Source: Candidatus Multivoradales bacterium (GTDB taxonomy: Bacteria > Acidobacteriota > Thermoanaerobaculia > Multivoradales > J023). From it: DNA of 64,000 bases. The position numbers were made by a program, and so were the translations under genes. This document shows positions 7,376 through 16,516 of this stretch, one piece after another (within the stretch, counting starts at the first letter, position 1; every line of letters begins with the position of its first letter). The notes under the pieces were generated by a model. That model was given only the letters and a program-made list of their open reading frames with translations, was not told where the DNA came from and did no database searches. The DNA lies in contig CBDFLE010000006.1 of NCBI GenBank assembly GCA_965248925.1, positions 2,016,001 to 2,080,000 on the forward strand, given 5' to 3'.

Positions 7376-9628
7376 ATGTCAAGCCGACCACAGAGTTCTG
7401 CACCAGACCCTACAACACTGCGCCAGACAGCACTACGCCGCTGCGAAGGCTTAGCCAAGCTCACCGGTCAAGAGGTTTACGTCGACGATCTGCCCCTCGA
7501 CAATCCACTCTGGGCATTCACCGTCCGCAGTCCGGTGGCCCGCGGCCAGATCCGTGAGCTGCGCTTCGGCGCCGGAGTGGACTGGGACGAGGTGGTGGTG
7601 GTCGACCACCGGACGATCCCCGGCGACAACGTCATCGCCTTGATCGACGACGACCAACCGATCCTGGCGGTCGACCAGGTGCGCCATATTCACCAACCGA
7701 TCTTGCTGGTGGCACATCCTTCACGGGCGGTGGCTCGTCGCGCCGCCGCCGCGGTCGAAGTGGTCATCGATAGCGAACCGGCGGTCCTGGACTTTCGCCA
7801 ACCGCCAGGCCCCGAACAGCTGCAACACGGCGACGACAACATCTTCAAGCACATCGTGATCGACAAGGGCGACACCGCCACGGCCTTCGCCGCCGCCCCG
7901 ATCGTGGTCGAAGGCACCTACGAAACCGGCGCCCAGGAGCACGTCTACCTCGAAACCCAAGGCATGGCGGCGTGGCTCGATGGCGACGTGGTGGTGGTCC
8001 AGGGATCGATTCAATGTCCTTTCTACGTCGAGAAGGCACTGCGGCGAGGCCTCGGCCGGGGCCCTGAAGGAGTGCGGGTGATCCAGGCCGGCACTGGCGG
8101 CGGCTTCGGCGGCAAGGAAGAGTTCCCCTCGGGTCTTGCCCTGCACGCCGCTCTTTTGGCGCTAAAATCCCGCCGGCCGGTGAAGCTGATCTACGAACGC
8201 AGCGAAGATCTCGCGGCCAGTACCAAACGACATCCCTCGCGAGTGCGCTACCGCACTGCCGTCGACGCCGACGGGCGGTTGCTGGCGCAAGAGGTCGATA
8301 TCCTGCTCGACGCGGGCGCTTACGCCACTTTGTCGGCGGTGGTTCTAGGCCGCGCGGTGATCCACGCCGGCGGCCCCTACCACTGTGAAAACGTCCATGT
8401 CGAAGGCCGCGCGGTGCTGAGCAACGCGGTTCCCTACGGCGCTTTCCGTGGTTTCGGCGCCCCCCAGGCCCATTTCGCCACCGAACGCCACATGGACCGC
8501 ATCGCCGCCCGCCTGGGGCTCGATCCGGCCGAACTGCGGCGACGCAATCTGCTGCGCGAAGGCCAGTCCACCGCCACTAGCCAGCGGATCGCGGATGGCG
8601 CCGATCGTCAAGCGGTGCTCGATCGCGCCCTCGAGATGATCGGCTGGAGCGAACGCCGCGCCGCGCACCAGAAGTTCAACCACGACCAGCCATGGCGACG
8701 GCGCGGAGTCGGCTTGGCGATGTTCCATCATGGGGCCGGCTTCACCGGCGCTGGCGAAGTCTTTTTGGACTCGCGGGTCGAAGTCGCCAGCCGACCTGGC
8801 GGTATCGAGATCCGCACCGCCGCCACTGAAATGGGCCAAGGTACGACGACTATCTTCACCCAGTTAGCCACCGACCGCCTGGGGCTCGAGGCGCCAGAGA
8901 TCGAAGTCGCCCGACCCGATACCCACCAAGTACCCAACTCCGGCCCCACCGTCGCTTCGCGCACGGCGATGATCGTCGGCCGGCTAGTCGAGGAGGCTTG
9001 CGACGACTTGCGACGCTGCCTCGGGCTCGAGGCTGAGGATCGTGGCGCGGCGGTACGCCAAGCCCTTGCCGATCACTACCGCCGCCATCCGAATGACCAA
9101 CTGGTCGGCCACGCCCGCTATCGCCAACCGCCGCATATCGACTGGGACGACGATCTTTACCGCGGCGATGCATACGGCGTCTTTGCTTGGGCGGCCTACG
9201 CCGCCGAGGTCGAGATCGACCTGCGAACCTACACTGCCCGGGTGCTCGATTTCGTCGCCGTGCAAGACGTCGGCAAGGTGCTGCACGGGGTCTTGGCTCG
9301 GGGCCAGATCCAAGGCGGGGTAGTGCAGGGCATTGGCTGGGCGCTGCTGGAAGACTGCCGCTTTGAGAACGGTGCGATGACCAATGCGCAGATGACCAAC
9401 TACATCATCCCCACTGCTGAGGATGTTCCACCGATCCGGGTCGACTTCCTGGAATTCCCTTACGCCCACGGCGCCCAAGGCTGCAAGGGTATCGGCGAGT
9501 TACCGATGGATGGTCCCGCTCCGGCCATCGCCAACGCCATCGCCAACGCCATCGGCCGCCAACCGATGGCGATCCCGCTGACCCCGGAACGCCTGATGGA
9601 GCTGATCGAGCATGAGCCGACAAGCTGA
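7376..9628 (+). CDS. pucD: Xanthine dehydrogenase family molybdopterin-binding subunit
   Basis: QEHVYLE, GGGFGGKE, AFRGFGAPQ, EMGQG, GQIQGG and KGIGE motifs. Lies next to FeS and FAD subunit genes and allantoin-pathway genes. Start chosen at MSSRPQ; the ORF is open from 7139. Confidence 0.88.
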   Translation: MSSRPQSSAPDPTTLRQTALRRCEGLAKLTGQEVYVDDLPLDNPLWAFTVRSPVARGQIRELRFGAGVDWDEVVVVDHRTIPGDNVIALIDDDQPILAVDQVRHIHQPILLVAHPSRAVARRAAAAVEVVIDSEPAVLDFRQPPGPEQLQHGDDNIFKHIVIDKGDTATAFAAAPIVVEGTYETGAQEHVYLETQGMAAWLDGDVVVVQGSIQCPFYVEKALRRGLGRGPEGVRVIQAGTGGGFGGKEEFPSGLALHAALLALKSRRPVKLIYERSEDLAASTKRHPSRVRYRTAVDADGRLLAQEVDILLDAGAYATLSAVVLGRAVIHAGGPYHCENVHVEGRAVLSNAVPYGAFRGFGAPQAHFATERHMDRIAARLGLDPAELRRRNLLREGQSTATSQRIADGADRQAVLDRALEMIGWSERRAAHQKFNHDQPWRRRGVGLAMFHHGAGFTGAGEVFLDSRVEVASRPGGIEIRTAATEMGQGTTTIFTQLATDRLGLEAPEIEVARPDTHQVPNSGPTVASRTAMIVGRLVEEACDDLRRCLGLEAEDRGAAVRQALADHYRRHPNDQLVGHARYRQPPHIDWDDDLYRGDAYGVFAWAAYAAEVEIDLRTYTARVLDFVAVQDVGKVLHGVLARGQIQGGVVQGIGWALLEDCRFENGAMTNAQMTNYIIPTAEDVPPIRVDFLEFPYAHGAQGCKGIGELPMDGPAPAIANAIANAIGRQPMAIPLTPERLMELIEHEPTS

Positions 9629-10094
9629 AACCGAGCCCCCCCTAGAGATCGCTTTCATCTTGAACGGCGAGCCCTGCAAAGTACAGGTTCCGGCCACCGA
9701 GCGCCTGCTCGACACCCTGCGCTACCGCCTGGCATTGACCGGTACCAAAGAAGGTTGCGGCGAGGGGGAGTGCGGCGCCTGCACGGTCTTGCTGGACGGC
9801 CTGCCGGTGAACTCCTGCTTGGTGCCGACCTATCAGGTGCGGGGCTCACGGCTGCGCACCGTCGAAGCGGTGAGCGCCGCCGAAGTCGACCAGTTGTGGG
9901 CATCGGGCGCCACCCAATGTGGCGCTTGCACTCCGGGGGTAGTCATCACCGCCCGCTGGCTGATCGACCATCCGGCTCCTCTGGAGCACCATAGCGTGCG
10001 CCAGCTGATGGCCGGCAACCTGTGCCGCTGTACCGGCTACGACGGCATTATCGAAGGCGTGGAAGCGGCCCTCGAGCAGCCGAGGCGCGACTGA
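9612..10094 (+). CDS. pucE: Xanthine dehydrogenase [2Fe-2S] subunit
   Basis: GTKEGCGEGECGAC and QCGACTPG...NLCRCTGY cluster motifs. Confidence 0.9.
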   Translation: MSRQAETEPPLEIAFILNGEPCKVQVPATERLLDTLRYRLALTGTKEGCGEGECGACTVLLDGLPVNSCLVPTYQVRGSRLRTVEAVSAAEVDQLWASGATQCGACTPGVVITARWLIDHPAPLEHHSVRQLMAGNLCRCTGYDGIIEGVEAALEQPRRD

Positions 10095-10909
10095 TGCCGG
10101 TGCTGATGCCTAGCGACCTGGCCACCGCCCTCGCCCTGTTGGCCGGCGACGGAGTGCTACCGATAGCAGGCGGCACCGACCTGATGGTGGATTGGCCCCA
10201 ACATTCTGCCGCCCACCAGCGCACCTACCTCGACCTCTCGGGGCTGCGTGAGCTACGCCCCTTGGAGTGGACCGAGGAGGCTCTGCTGCTGGGCGGCTTG
10301 ACCACCTACTGGGATGTCCTGCAAGAGCCCCGCGCCAGGCGCGAGCTGCCGCTACTGGTGGCCGCGGCGCAGCAAGTCGGTGCGGTGCAGATCCAGACCC
10401 GCGGCACCTGGGCCGGCAACATCATCAACGCTTCACCAGCCGCCGACGGCGTGCCGGTGTTGATGGTCTACGACGCCAGCGTAGAGCTGATCTCCAGCGA
10501 TGGCAGTGAGGAGATCCCCCTCGACCAGCTCTACTTGGGTTACAAGAAGCTGCGCCGCCGACCCGATCAGTTGATTCGGCGAATCCGCGTACCGCGCCGC
10601 CGGCACGATTTCGAACGCTTCGAAAAAGTCGGCTCTCGCCGCGCTCAGGCGATCACCAAAGTTGGCGTCGCCCTGGCCCACAGCGCGAGCCACGGCTGGC
10701 GAGTGGTCGTCAATAGCGTCGCCGCCACCGTCCGACGTTGTCGCGCCCTCGAAGCCCAGCTCGACCAGGGCGCCAACTTCGCCACACCGGCGGAGCTGCT
10801 GCCCCTGCTGGCCGAAGACATCGCCCCGATCGACGACATCCGCTCCACCGCCGAATACCGCCGCCAGGTACTCGCGCGGGTGATTTTCCAAGCCCTGCAA
10901 GACCGCTGA
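10094..10909 (+). CDS. pucC: Xanthine dehydrogenase FAD-binding subunit
   Basis: IAGGTDL, QIQTRGTWAGNIINASPAAD and PIDDIRSTAEYR motifs; ATG overlaps the upstream stop (TGATG). Confidence 0.9.
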   Translation: MPVLMPSDLATALALLAGDGVLPIAGGTDLMVDWPQHSAAHQRTYLDLSGLRELRPLEWTEEALLLGGLTTYWDVLQEPRARRELPLLVAAAQQVGAVQIQTRGTWAGNIINASPAADGVPVLMVYDASVELISSDGSEEIPLDQLYLGYKKLRRRPDQLIRRIRVPRRRHDFERFEKVGSRRAQAITKVGVALAHSASHGWRVVVNSVAATVRRCRALEAQLDQGANFATPAELLPLLAEDIAPIDDIRSTAEYRRQVLARVIFQALQDR

Positions 10910-10939
10910 TCTTGATCTGTTCCGGCCGCGGAGTTCACC

Positions 10940-12364
10940 ATGCAAACAACTCTCTCTGAAGACTTTCTCCTCGACATGCTCTGCCGCATGACTGCCGTGG
11001 ACAAGGATTTCGCGCAGCGCTTCCCCGGCGATGGCGGGGCCCGGCAGCCGGTGCATACGGTCTACGGCGGGGCCCATCTCTTTCGCCACGATACGGCGGC
11101 CAAGCTGGGCCATCTGGCACTGCGATCGCTGGATCAATTCGCCCCGGATCCGGTGACTTTCGCCTCGGCAATCGGTTGGAACGATGCCGATTCGCTGGCC
11201 GGATCGGCGACCGGGACAGCGGCTCTCGAAGCAGCGATGCAGAAGGATCCGGAGAGCCTGCGTAGAACCCGGCCGGGCGCTTGGCGGGCCTGGACTCTCT
11301 ACCGGCGGGTGCGCGGCAAACTGGAGCGAGAGGCGGTGGAAGACTTCCGCATCGACTTCGAGGATGGCTATGGCCATCGCGACGACGAGGACGAGGACGC
11401 CACCGCCGTCGAGGCTGCCCAGCAGACCGCCAAGGGACTGGCCGCCGGCACCCTGCCACCGTTTATCGGCATTCGCATCAAAGCGATGAGCCTGCTGCGG
11501 CGAGCGCTGCGCACCACCGACCTCTACCTCACGGCTCTGATCGGCGCGACCGGCGGTCAGCTACCGCAAAACTTCGTCTTCACCTTGCCGAAGATTGTCG
11601 ACCCGCGGCAGGTCGCGGCCTACGCCGAAACCCTTAGCAACCTCGAACAAGGCCTCGGCCTCGCCCCCGGAGCCCTGCGTATCGAGCTGATGGTGGAGAC
11701 CCCGCAGTCTCTGGTCGACGCCACCGGTCGCGCCGCCCTGCCGGCCCTGGTGGCGGCGGCAGGCGGGCGCTGCGTGGGAGCGCATTTCGGGGTCTATGAC
11801 TACACCGCCAATCTGGAGGTGACTGCCGAGCAGCAGCACATGGGGCACCCGTCGTGTGATCTGGCCCGGCAGCTGATGCGCTTGCAGCTGTCGGGCAGCG
11901 GCGTCGCCCTGTCGGATGGTGCCACCAACGTCATGCCAGTGGTGGCCCATCGCGGCAGCGACCTGAACTCGGCGCAGCAGCGCGAGAACCACCGTTCGGT
12001 GCATGCCGGCTGGCGGCGCCACTACGACGATGTGCGGCACTCGCTAGAAGGCTCGTTTTACCAAGGTTGGGACCTGCATCCGGCACAACTACCGACCCGC
12101 TACGCGGCACTCTACGCCTTTTTCCTCGACAGCCTCGACGCCGCCACCGCCCGGTTGAGCGGTTTCTTGGAGCAGGCCGCGCAAGCCACCTTGCTCGGTG
12201 ATGTCTTCGATGACGCCGCCACCGGCCAGGGACTGCTTAATTTTTTCCTCCGCGGCCTGGCCTGCGGCGCGCTGGAAGAGAAAGAGGTGCTCGCCGCCGG
12301 CCTCAGCCTGGATGAGCTGCGCGGACGGTCCTTCCTGAAGATCCTCGAAGGTCGGCGCCAGTAG
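10940..12364 (+). CDS. HpcH/HpaI aldolase / CitE-malate synthase superfamily protein (DUF6986-like)
   Basis: RQPVHTVYGGAH, DFRIDFEDGYG, TLPK, IELMVETPQ, HFGVYDY, QGWDLHP; TIM-barrel CitE/PK-like motifs. Confidence 0.75.
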   Translation: MQTTLSEDFLLDMLCRMTAVDKDFAQRFPGDGGARQPVHTVYGGAHLFRHDTAAKLGHLALRSLDQFAPDPVTFASAIGWNDADSLAGSATGTAALEAAMQKDPESLRRTRPGAWRAWTLYRRVRGKLEREAVEDFRIDFEDGYGHRDDEDEDATAVEAAQQTAKGLAAGTLPPFIGIRIKAMSLLRRALRTTDLYLTALIGATGGQLPQNFVFTLPKIVDPRQVAAYAETLSNLEQGLGLAPGALRIELMVETPQSLVDATGRAALPALVAAAGGRCVGAHFGVYDYTANLEVTAEQQHMGHPSCDLARQLMRLQLSGSGVALSDGATNVMPVVAHRGSDLNSAQQRENHRSVHAGWRRHYDDVRHSLEGSFYQGWDLHPAQLPTRYAALYAFFLDSLDAATARLSGFLEQAAQATLLGDVFDDAATGQGLLNFFLRGLACGALEEKEVLAAGLSLDELRGRSFLKILEGRRQ

Positions 12365-12495
12365 TCCACCGCGACCGCGCTAATATAGGCGCATCGCGGA
12401 GAGATCTTTTCTCAGCGTTTTCATCCATAGGAAGCTGGGTTGCCGTCGCCTGTGAGGACTGACTCCCGGCGATCAAAACCTCAGAGGACTCACCT

Positions 12496-13158
12496 ATGTC
12501 GAATCGACTGCTTGCCGGAAGCTCTGCCGCCGCCTCGCTAATCTCAGCCTTGCTGCCAGTTCTGCTACTACCCGCCACGGCCCTCGCTGAGCGTGGCCGC
12601 CCGCTGGGCCAACAGCCTTGGCAGCTGACAACGGATCCCAGCACCGTGGTGCTCGAGCTGCGGCGTACCCCAACCCTCCTCGGCGAGACCGATCGCACGC
12701 AAACGGTGCAGGTCTTCGCTGATGGCCGGATTGAGATTCACCAGCCCGCCTACCTGCGGGCCGCGGGTGACTATCAAGGCACTTTGAACGCGGCTGAACT
12801 CGGCGACTTACTCGCCCAACTCGACCGCCAGGGGCTCTTCTCTCTCACCGAGCAGGCCCTGCGGCAAGAGCGTCGAGCAGCCGAAGTTGAGCGTCGCAGC
12901 GGCCAACAGACAATGTTCGAGATTCATGACGGCATGCAAACTTCGATCTCGGTAAAACTAGCCAGCTACAGCGCCGCCGACGGCAGCCTCGCTAGCAACC
13001 TGGAAACCCCCCTCGCCGTCACTAATCTTCAATTGGAAACCGACCTCTATCCCGGCGCCGTGCGACTGGCCGCCCTGGCCGCCGCCGAGCGCACTTTGCT
13101 GGCCTTGGCTGAGCGTGCCGACCTCACACCGCAAACCACCGCCGACGGGAGAAAGTGA
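12496..13158 (+). CDS. Secreted hypothetical protein (DUF6438/emfourin-like pattern)
   Basis: Signal peptide ending ALA; LELRRTP...VQVFADGRI...GTLNAAELGDLLAQLDRQGLFSL...D..TSISV pattern. The stop overlaps the start of the next gene (GTGA). Confidence 0.6.
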   Translation: MSNRLLAGSSAAASLISALLPVLLLPATALAERGRPLGQQPWQLTTDPSTVVLELRRTPTLLGETDRTQTVQVFADGRIEIHQPAYLRAAGDYQGTLNAAELGDLLAQLDRQGLFSLTEQALRQERRAAEVERRSGQQTMFEIHDGMQTSISVKLASYSAADGSLASNLETPLAVTNLQLETDLYPGAVRLAALAAAERTLLALAERADLTPQTTADGRK

Positions 13159-14225
13159 TCATGGCGCGACGCGACCTACTACTGCCGTTTGGATTCGCCT
13201 GCTGTCTGGCCCTCGCCCCATTGGCCGCTCCACCCGCCGCCGAGGCTGGCGCTTACATCTTCGCCGGCGCCACCAACGGCGTCAGCATCGTCACCCACCC
13301 GATTACCTACTTCGGCACCGGCGGGGTGATTCAAGTCGGCGTTTGCATCGACCCGGCGAGCCCAATAGCCGCCGACGCTGAGATCTCGGTGCGCAACATC
13401 ATCACCACTTTCAACGGCTTTCAGCCGCAGAACGGCAATGTCCTGCTAGGCGCCAACAACGACATTCCCGCCGGCAGAGTCGACTTCGAGTCGACCGCCC
13501 TGCACGAGCTGGGTCATTGCATCGGCCTGGCACACCCCAACACTGCCAGCGAATCCGGCCTCGGCGGCGCCGACTCTAACTACACCAAGACCACTCGCGG
13601 CGCCGACAACATCTACGATCTCGACGCTGGCGCCGATGCAGTGCGGGGATCGAGCGACGATCTGCGCGGCGACGACCTCAATCTGCATTGGTTCGAGATC
13701 GGCGTCAATAACCCGTTCACCCAACCGGCAACGGTCGCCGGGTCGACTTACAGCCGCGACCTGGCCAATCTACCGGCCGGCCACACCTTCGCCGCCAACG
13801 CTGACCGTGCCCTATCGACCCTGTTGGGCTTGCCGCTGACTGAGGCGGTGATGCAGCAGGGGGCTTTCAGTGACGAGGATCAACGGGCGCTGGCTTTCGA
13901 CGACGTCACCACTCTGCGCTTTGGCATGGCGGGAATCGACGAGATCGCCGGCAATGCCGACGACTACACTATCGAGCTTTTCTATGCCGGCATGACCACC
14001 GCTTGCGACGTGCTGATTCGCACCACTCAAACCGCCTTCGCCTCGTGCGCGACCGGCGCCACCACCCTCGATGGAAACCACATACGCATCACCAGCGCCA
14101 CCATCACCTTGGGCGGCACCAACGTCAATTGGCACTTCAACGACATGTTGGCGGTCCTCGATGCGATCTTCGCCGATGGCTTCGAAGCTGGCGATTTTGA
14201 CAGTTGGACGAGCGTCAATCCTTAG
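13155..14225 (+). CDS. Secreted metzincin (matrixin/M10-like) zinc metalloprotease with C-terminal IFADGFE motif
   Basis: Signal peptide; HELGHCIGLAH (HExxHxxGxxH); AVM Met-turn followed by LAFDD; ends DAIFADGFEAGDFDSW. Confidence 0.82.
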   Translation: MIMARRDLLLPFGFACCLALAPLAAPPAAEAGAYIFAGATNGVSIVTHPITYFGTGGVIQVGVCIDPASPIAADAEISVRNIITTFNGFQPQNGNVLLGANNDIPAGRVDFESTALHELGHCIGLAHPNTASESGLGGADSNYTKTTRGADNIYDLDAGADAVRGSSDDLRGDDLNLHWFEIGVNNPFTQPATVAGSTYSRDLANLPAGHTFAANADRALSTLLGLPLTEAVMQQGAFSDEDQRALAFDDVTTLRFGMAGIDEIAGNADDYTIELFYAGMTTACDVLIRTTQTAFASCATGATTLDGNHIRITSATITLGGTNVNWHFNDMLAVLDAIFADGFEAGDFDSWTSVNP

Positions 14226-14247
14226 ACTAACGAGGGGCCAAGCGCGA

Positions 14248-15246
14248 TCAAACAAAGGTGCCGAGTAGGCGCAGGCGACTGACTCCACCGTCGGGATAGA
14301 TGCTCAGCCGAAGGTGAGTGAGGGGAGTGGGCGAGTCGATCTCGAAACAGTGTTCATGGTCTGCCGCCAGCGCCTGCCGGGGCACCAACTGGCGCCAATC
14401 CAACTCTGAGTCATCAGGATCGAGCATCGCTCCAGGATCGCCCAGGTCGACCCCTTCCAGCTGGCAGCTGTCAGGATAGTTGCCCTTGAAGTGGCGGGTG
14501 TCGATCAGCGCACGGCGAGGTATCCCCCGCCTGCCCAGGGCGATGATCGCCCAATCGAACCCCGGCCCGCGGCGGCGGCGGGTTTCCCAGCCGTCTCCCA
14601 TGTCGGCACCACGGCCGGGTTGCAACAGGTTGGCCGGTCGGCTGAAGAAATCGTCAGAAGCCGCCACCGCCTGGCCACCAAACTGCACCGCGATCAAATC
14701 GATCTCATCTCCAGATTCGACAAGCTGCCGCCAATCTGGACTGGGTTGGCCAAATGCGCGCAAACGAGCCACCCCGCCATCGGGATATATGTGCAGCCGC
14801 AAGTGGCTGAAGGAACGCGCCTCGTCGATCGCCAGCAGATGGTCGGAACCGCCTGCCAAAGGGGTGCGCGGAATCAGTTCCAGCCAAGCCGAATTCTCGA
14901 TCAGCCGGTCGACCGCCATCTCGGCTGGGACATCAATGGCATCCAGAGAATAGGCTTGAGGAAAATTTCCCAGGAAATGGCTGGTGTCGACATTGATCCC
15001 CACCAAGCGACCGCGCAGGCCGAGCTGCAAAATACAGCGATCGTGGCCAGGACGGCGGCGGCGGCGGCTTTCCCAGCCATCCATCCACTTGCCCCGCGCG
15101 GTGTACTTGAGGGGCACGAATACAGCCGGGGCCAGTTTGATCAGATTTTCTTTCGGCGCGAAGAAATCGTCATTGGCCCACAACACGCGGCCACCCAAGC
15201 GCGGCGACAAGAGGTCCGGCAAGCGGCTGAAATCAGGTTCGGTCAT
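14248..15246 (-). CDS. alc: Allantoicase
   Basis: Two repeats of D(D)FF...DGWE(S/T)RRRR.PG.D...DT.HF.GN...IYPDGGV.RLR. Confidence 0.95.
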   Translation of the reverse strand: MTEPDFSRLPDLLSPRLGGRVLWANDDFFAPKENLIKLAPAVFVPLKYTARGKWMDGWESRRRRRPGHDRCILQLGLRGRLVGINVDTSHFLGNFPQAYSLDAIDVPAEMAVDRLIENSAWLELIPRTPLAGGSDHLLAIDEARSFSHLRLHIYPDGGVARLRAFGQPSPDWRQLVESGDEIDLIAVQFGGQAVAASDDFFSRPANLLQPGRGADMGDGWETRRRRGPGFDWAIIALGRRGIPRRALIDTRHFKGNYPDSCQLEGVDLGDPGAMLDPDDSELDWRQLVPRQALAADHEHCFEIDSPTPLTHLRLSIYPDGGVSRLRLLGTFV

Positions 15247-15309
15247 GGCGGTCGGATCATACCCGCATCAGCGACCGGTGTCCGCTCATCCGCTGGGCCG
15301 CAGCCGCGC

Positions 15310-16338
15310 TCAGAACCCAACCTGCTCGGTGACGATCTTCCACATACCATCCTCCTCGGCCCAAGTGAGGATCTTATGCACCCGGTCGCTGAAAGTATCA
15401 CTACGATAAGCTTGCCAAAAAGCGCAACGGGCGTGACCCCGACCTAGCATGTGAATCTCGATTTGCCCCAGTTGCACATCGATAAACTGAGGTCGCCCCA
15501 GCCGCTGCTGGCGCTGTACCGCCCACCCTTGTCGATCACCACCTCCAGCGGGCTTGAAAGAAGCCGAGTAAAAAGCCAGATAGTCCTCGACCTCCTGCTC
15601 CCTCCAAGCGGCCGCCCACCCCTGGAGCTGATCGACCAAATCCGCCGTCAGACGGTTACCGACACGCTGGGCAAGGGGCGCGTCGACCGCCACTCCTTCT
15701 ACTGAGTAGGCCGCAGTGTCGACCGTCGTAAGGGGCTCGGCCACCTCCACTTTTTCCGCCCACCGAGCCATCGGCGCGACGACCTGAGTGCTCGCGGACG
15801 GCTGGCTGATCAGCGCGTCGCGGTCGGCAAACGCGGCGCCTTCGCCTTGGGCCTGGCGCTGCTCTTCCGCCTGCGCAGCGCGAAAGCCAACAACCACTGA
15901 ACCAGCGCTAGTGAATAGAGTGTGCTCCAGAGGCCGACGTAGCTTCAGCTCGACAACTAAACTTCGCTTCTTGTGCTCTAGCAAAACCGCGCTCAGCGGT
16001 CCGCTAGCAAGTCCCTGCCCGTCGACCTCGGCCACGGCTCGGCATCCTCTGAGTTCAAGACTCACCACTCCCGCCACCGACTCTTCGATTCGCACCCTTC
16101 TGGGATCACCCTCGAAGGCCAGACGCAGTTGCCAGCCGTCTTTGACCGCTACCAGCTGGTAGCTCTGCAAGACGGCGACAGCGCCCCACAGCGGTGTCGC
16201 AACCACCACCAAAGCGAACCCCAGGGCCACTACCGAAGCCACCGCCGAAGGCGATAGCGGCCGCCCAAGAACCGACCTCCGAGCTACGGACGACTGCCGC
16301 TCCCCAGCACCTTCCCAGGCCTTCCACACTCGGAACAT
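15310..16338 (-). CDS. Exported protein with AMIN-like N-terminal domain and NTF2-like (Cds6/L,D-transpeptidase C-terminal-like) domain
   Basis: Hydrophobic N-terminal segment; AMIN-like beta pattern (LRLAFEG...LVVELKL); C-terminal WAAAW...YLAFYS..F...F.QAYRSD.FSD..K.L.W....G.WKI..EQ. Start uncertain. Confidence 0.7.
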   Translation of the reverse strand: MFRVWKAWEGAGERQSSVARRSVLGRPLSPSAVASVVALGFALVVVATPLWGAVAVLQSYQLVAVKDGWQLRLAFEGDPRRVRIEESVAGVVSLELRGCRAVAEVDGQGLASGPLSAVLLEHKKRSLVVELKLRRPLEHTLFTSAGSVVVGFRAAQAEEQRQAQGEGAAFADRDALISQPSASTQVVAPMARWAEKVEVAEPLTTVDTAAYSVEGVAVDAPLAQRVGNRLTADLVDQLQGWAAAWREQEVEDYLAFYSASFKPAGGGDRQGWAVQRQQRLGRPQFIDVQLGQIEIHMLGRGHARCAFWQAYRSDTFSDRVHKILTWAEEDGMWKIVTEQVGF

Positions 16339-16516
16339 AGTCTGATCTCACCCCGGTAAGCCCAGCGCCACCAAAGTCTAAGTGGGTAGCACCGGGGTCG
16401 ACCCGCGCCCCTGGACATGGGTCAGAATCAACTGACTACTGCTCTTCTCGCTTCCTAGAGTAGCAGCTCGCGAGCGATTGGCGGTGCTGCAGCACCGCCA
16501 GCCCGTCAACCAGGGA

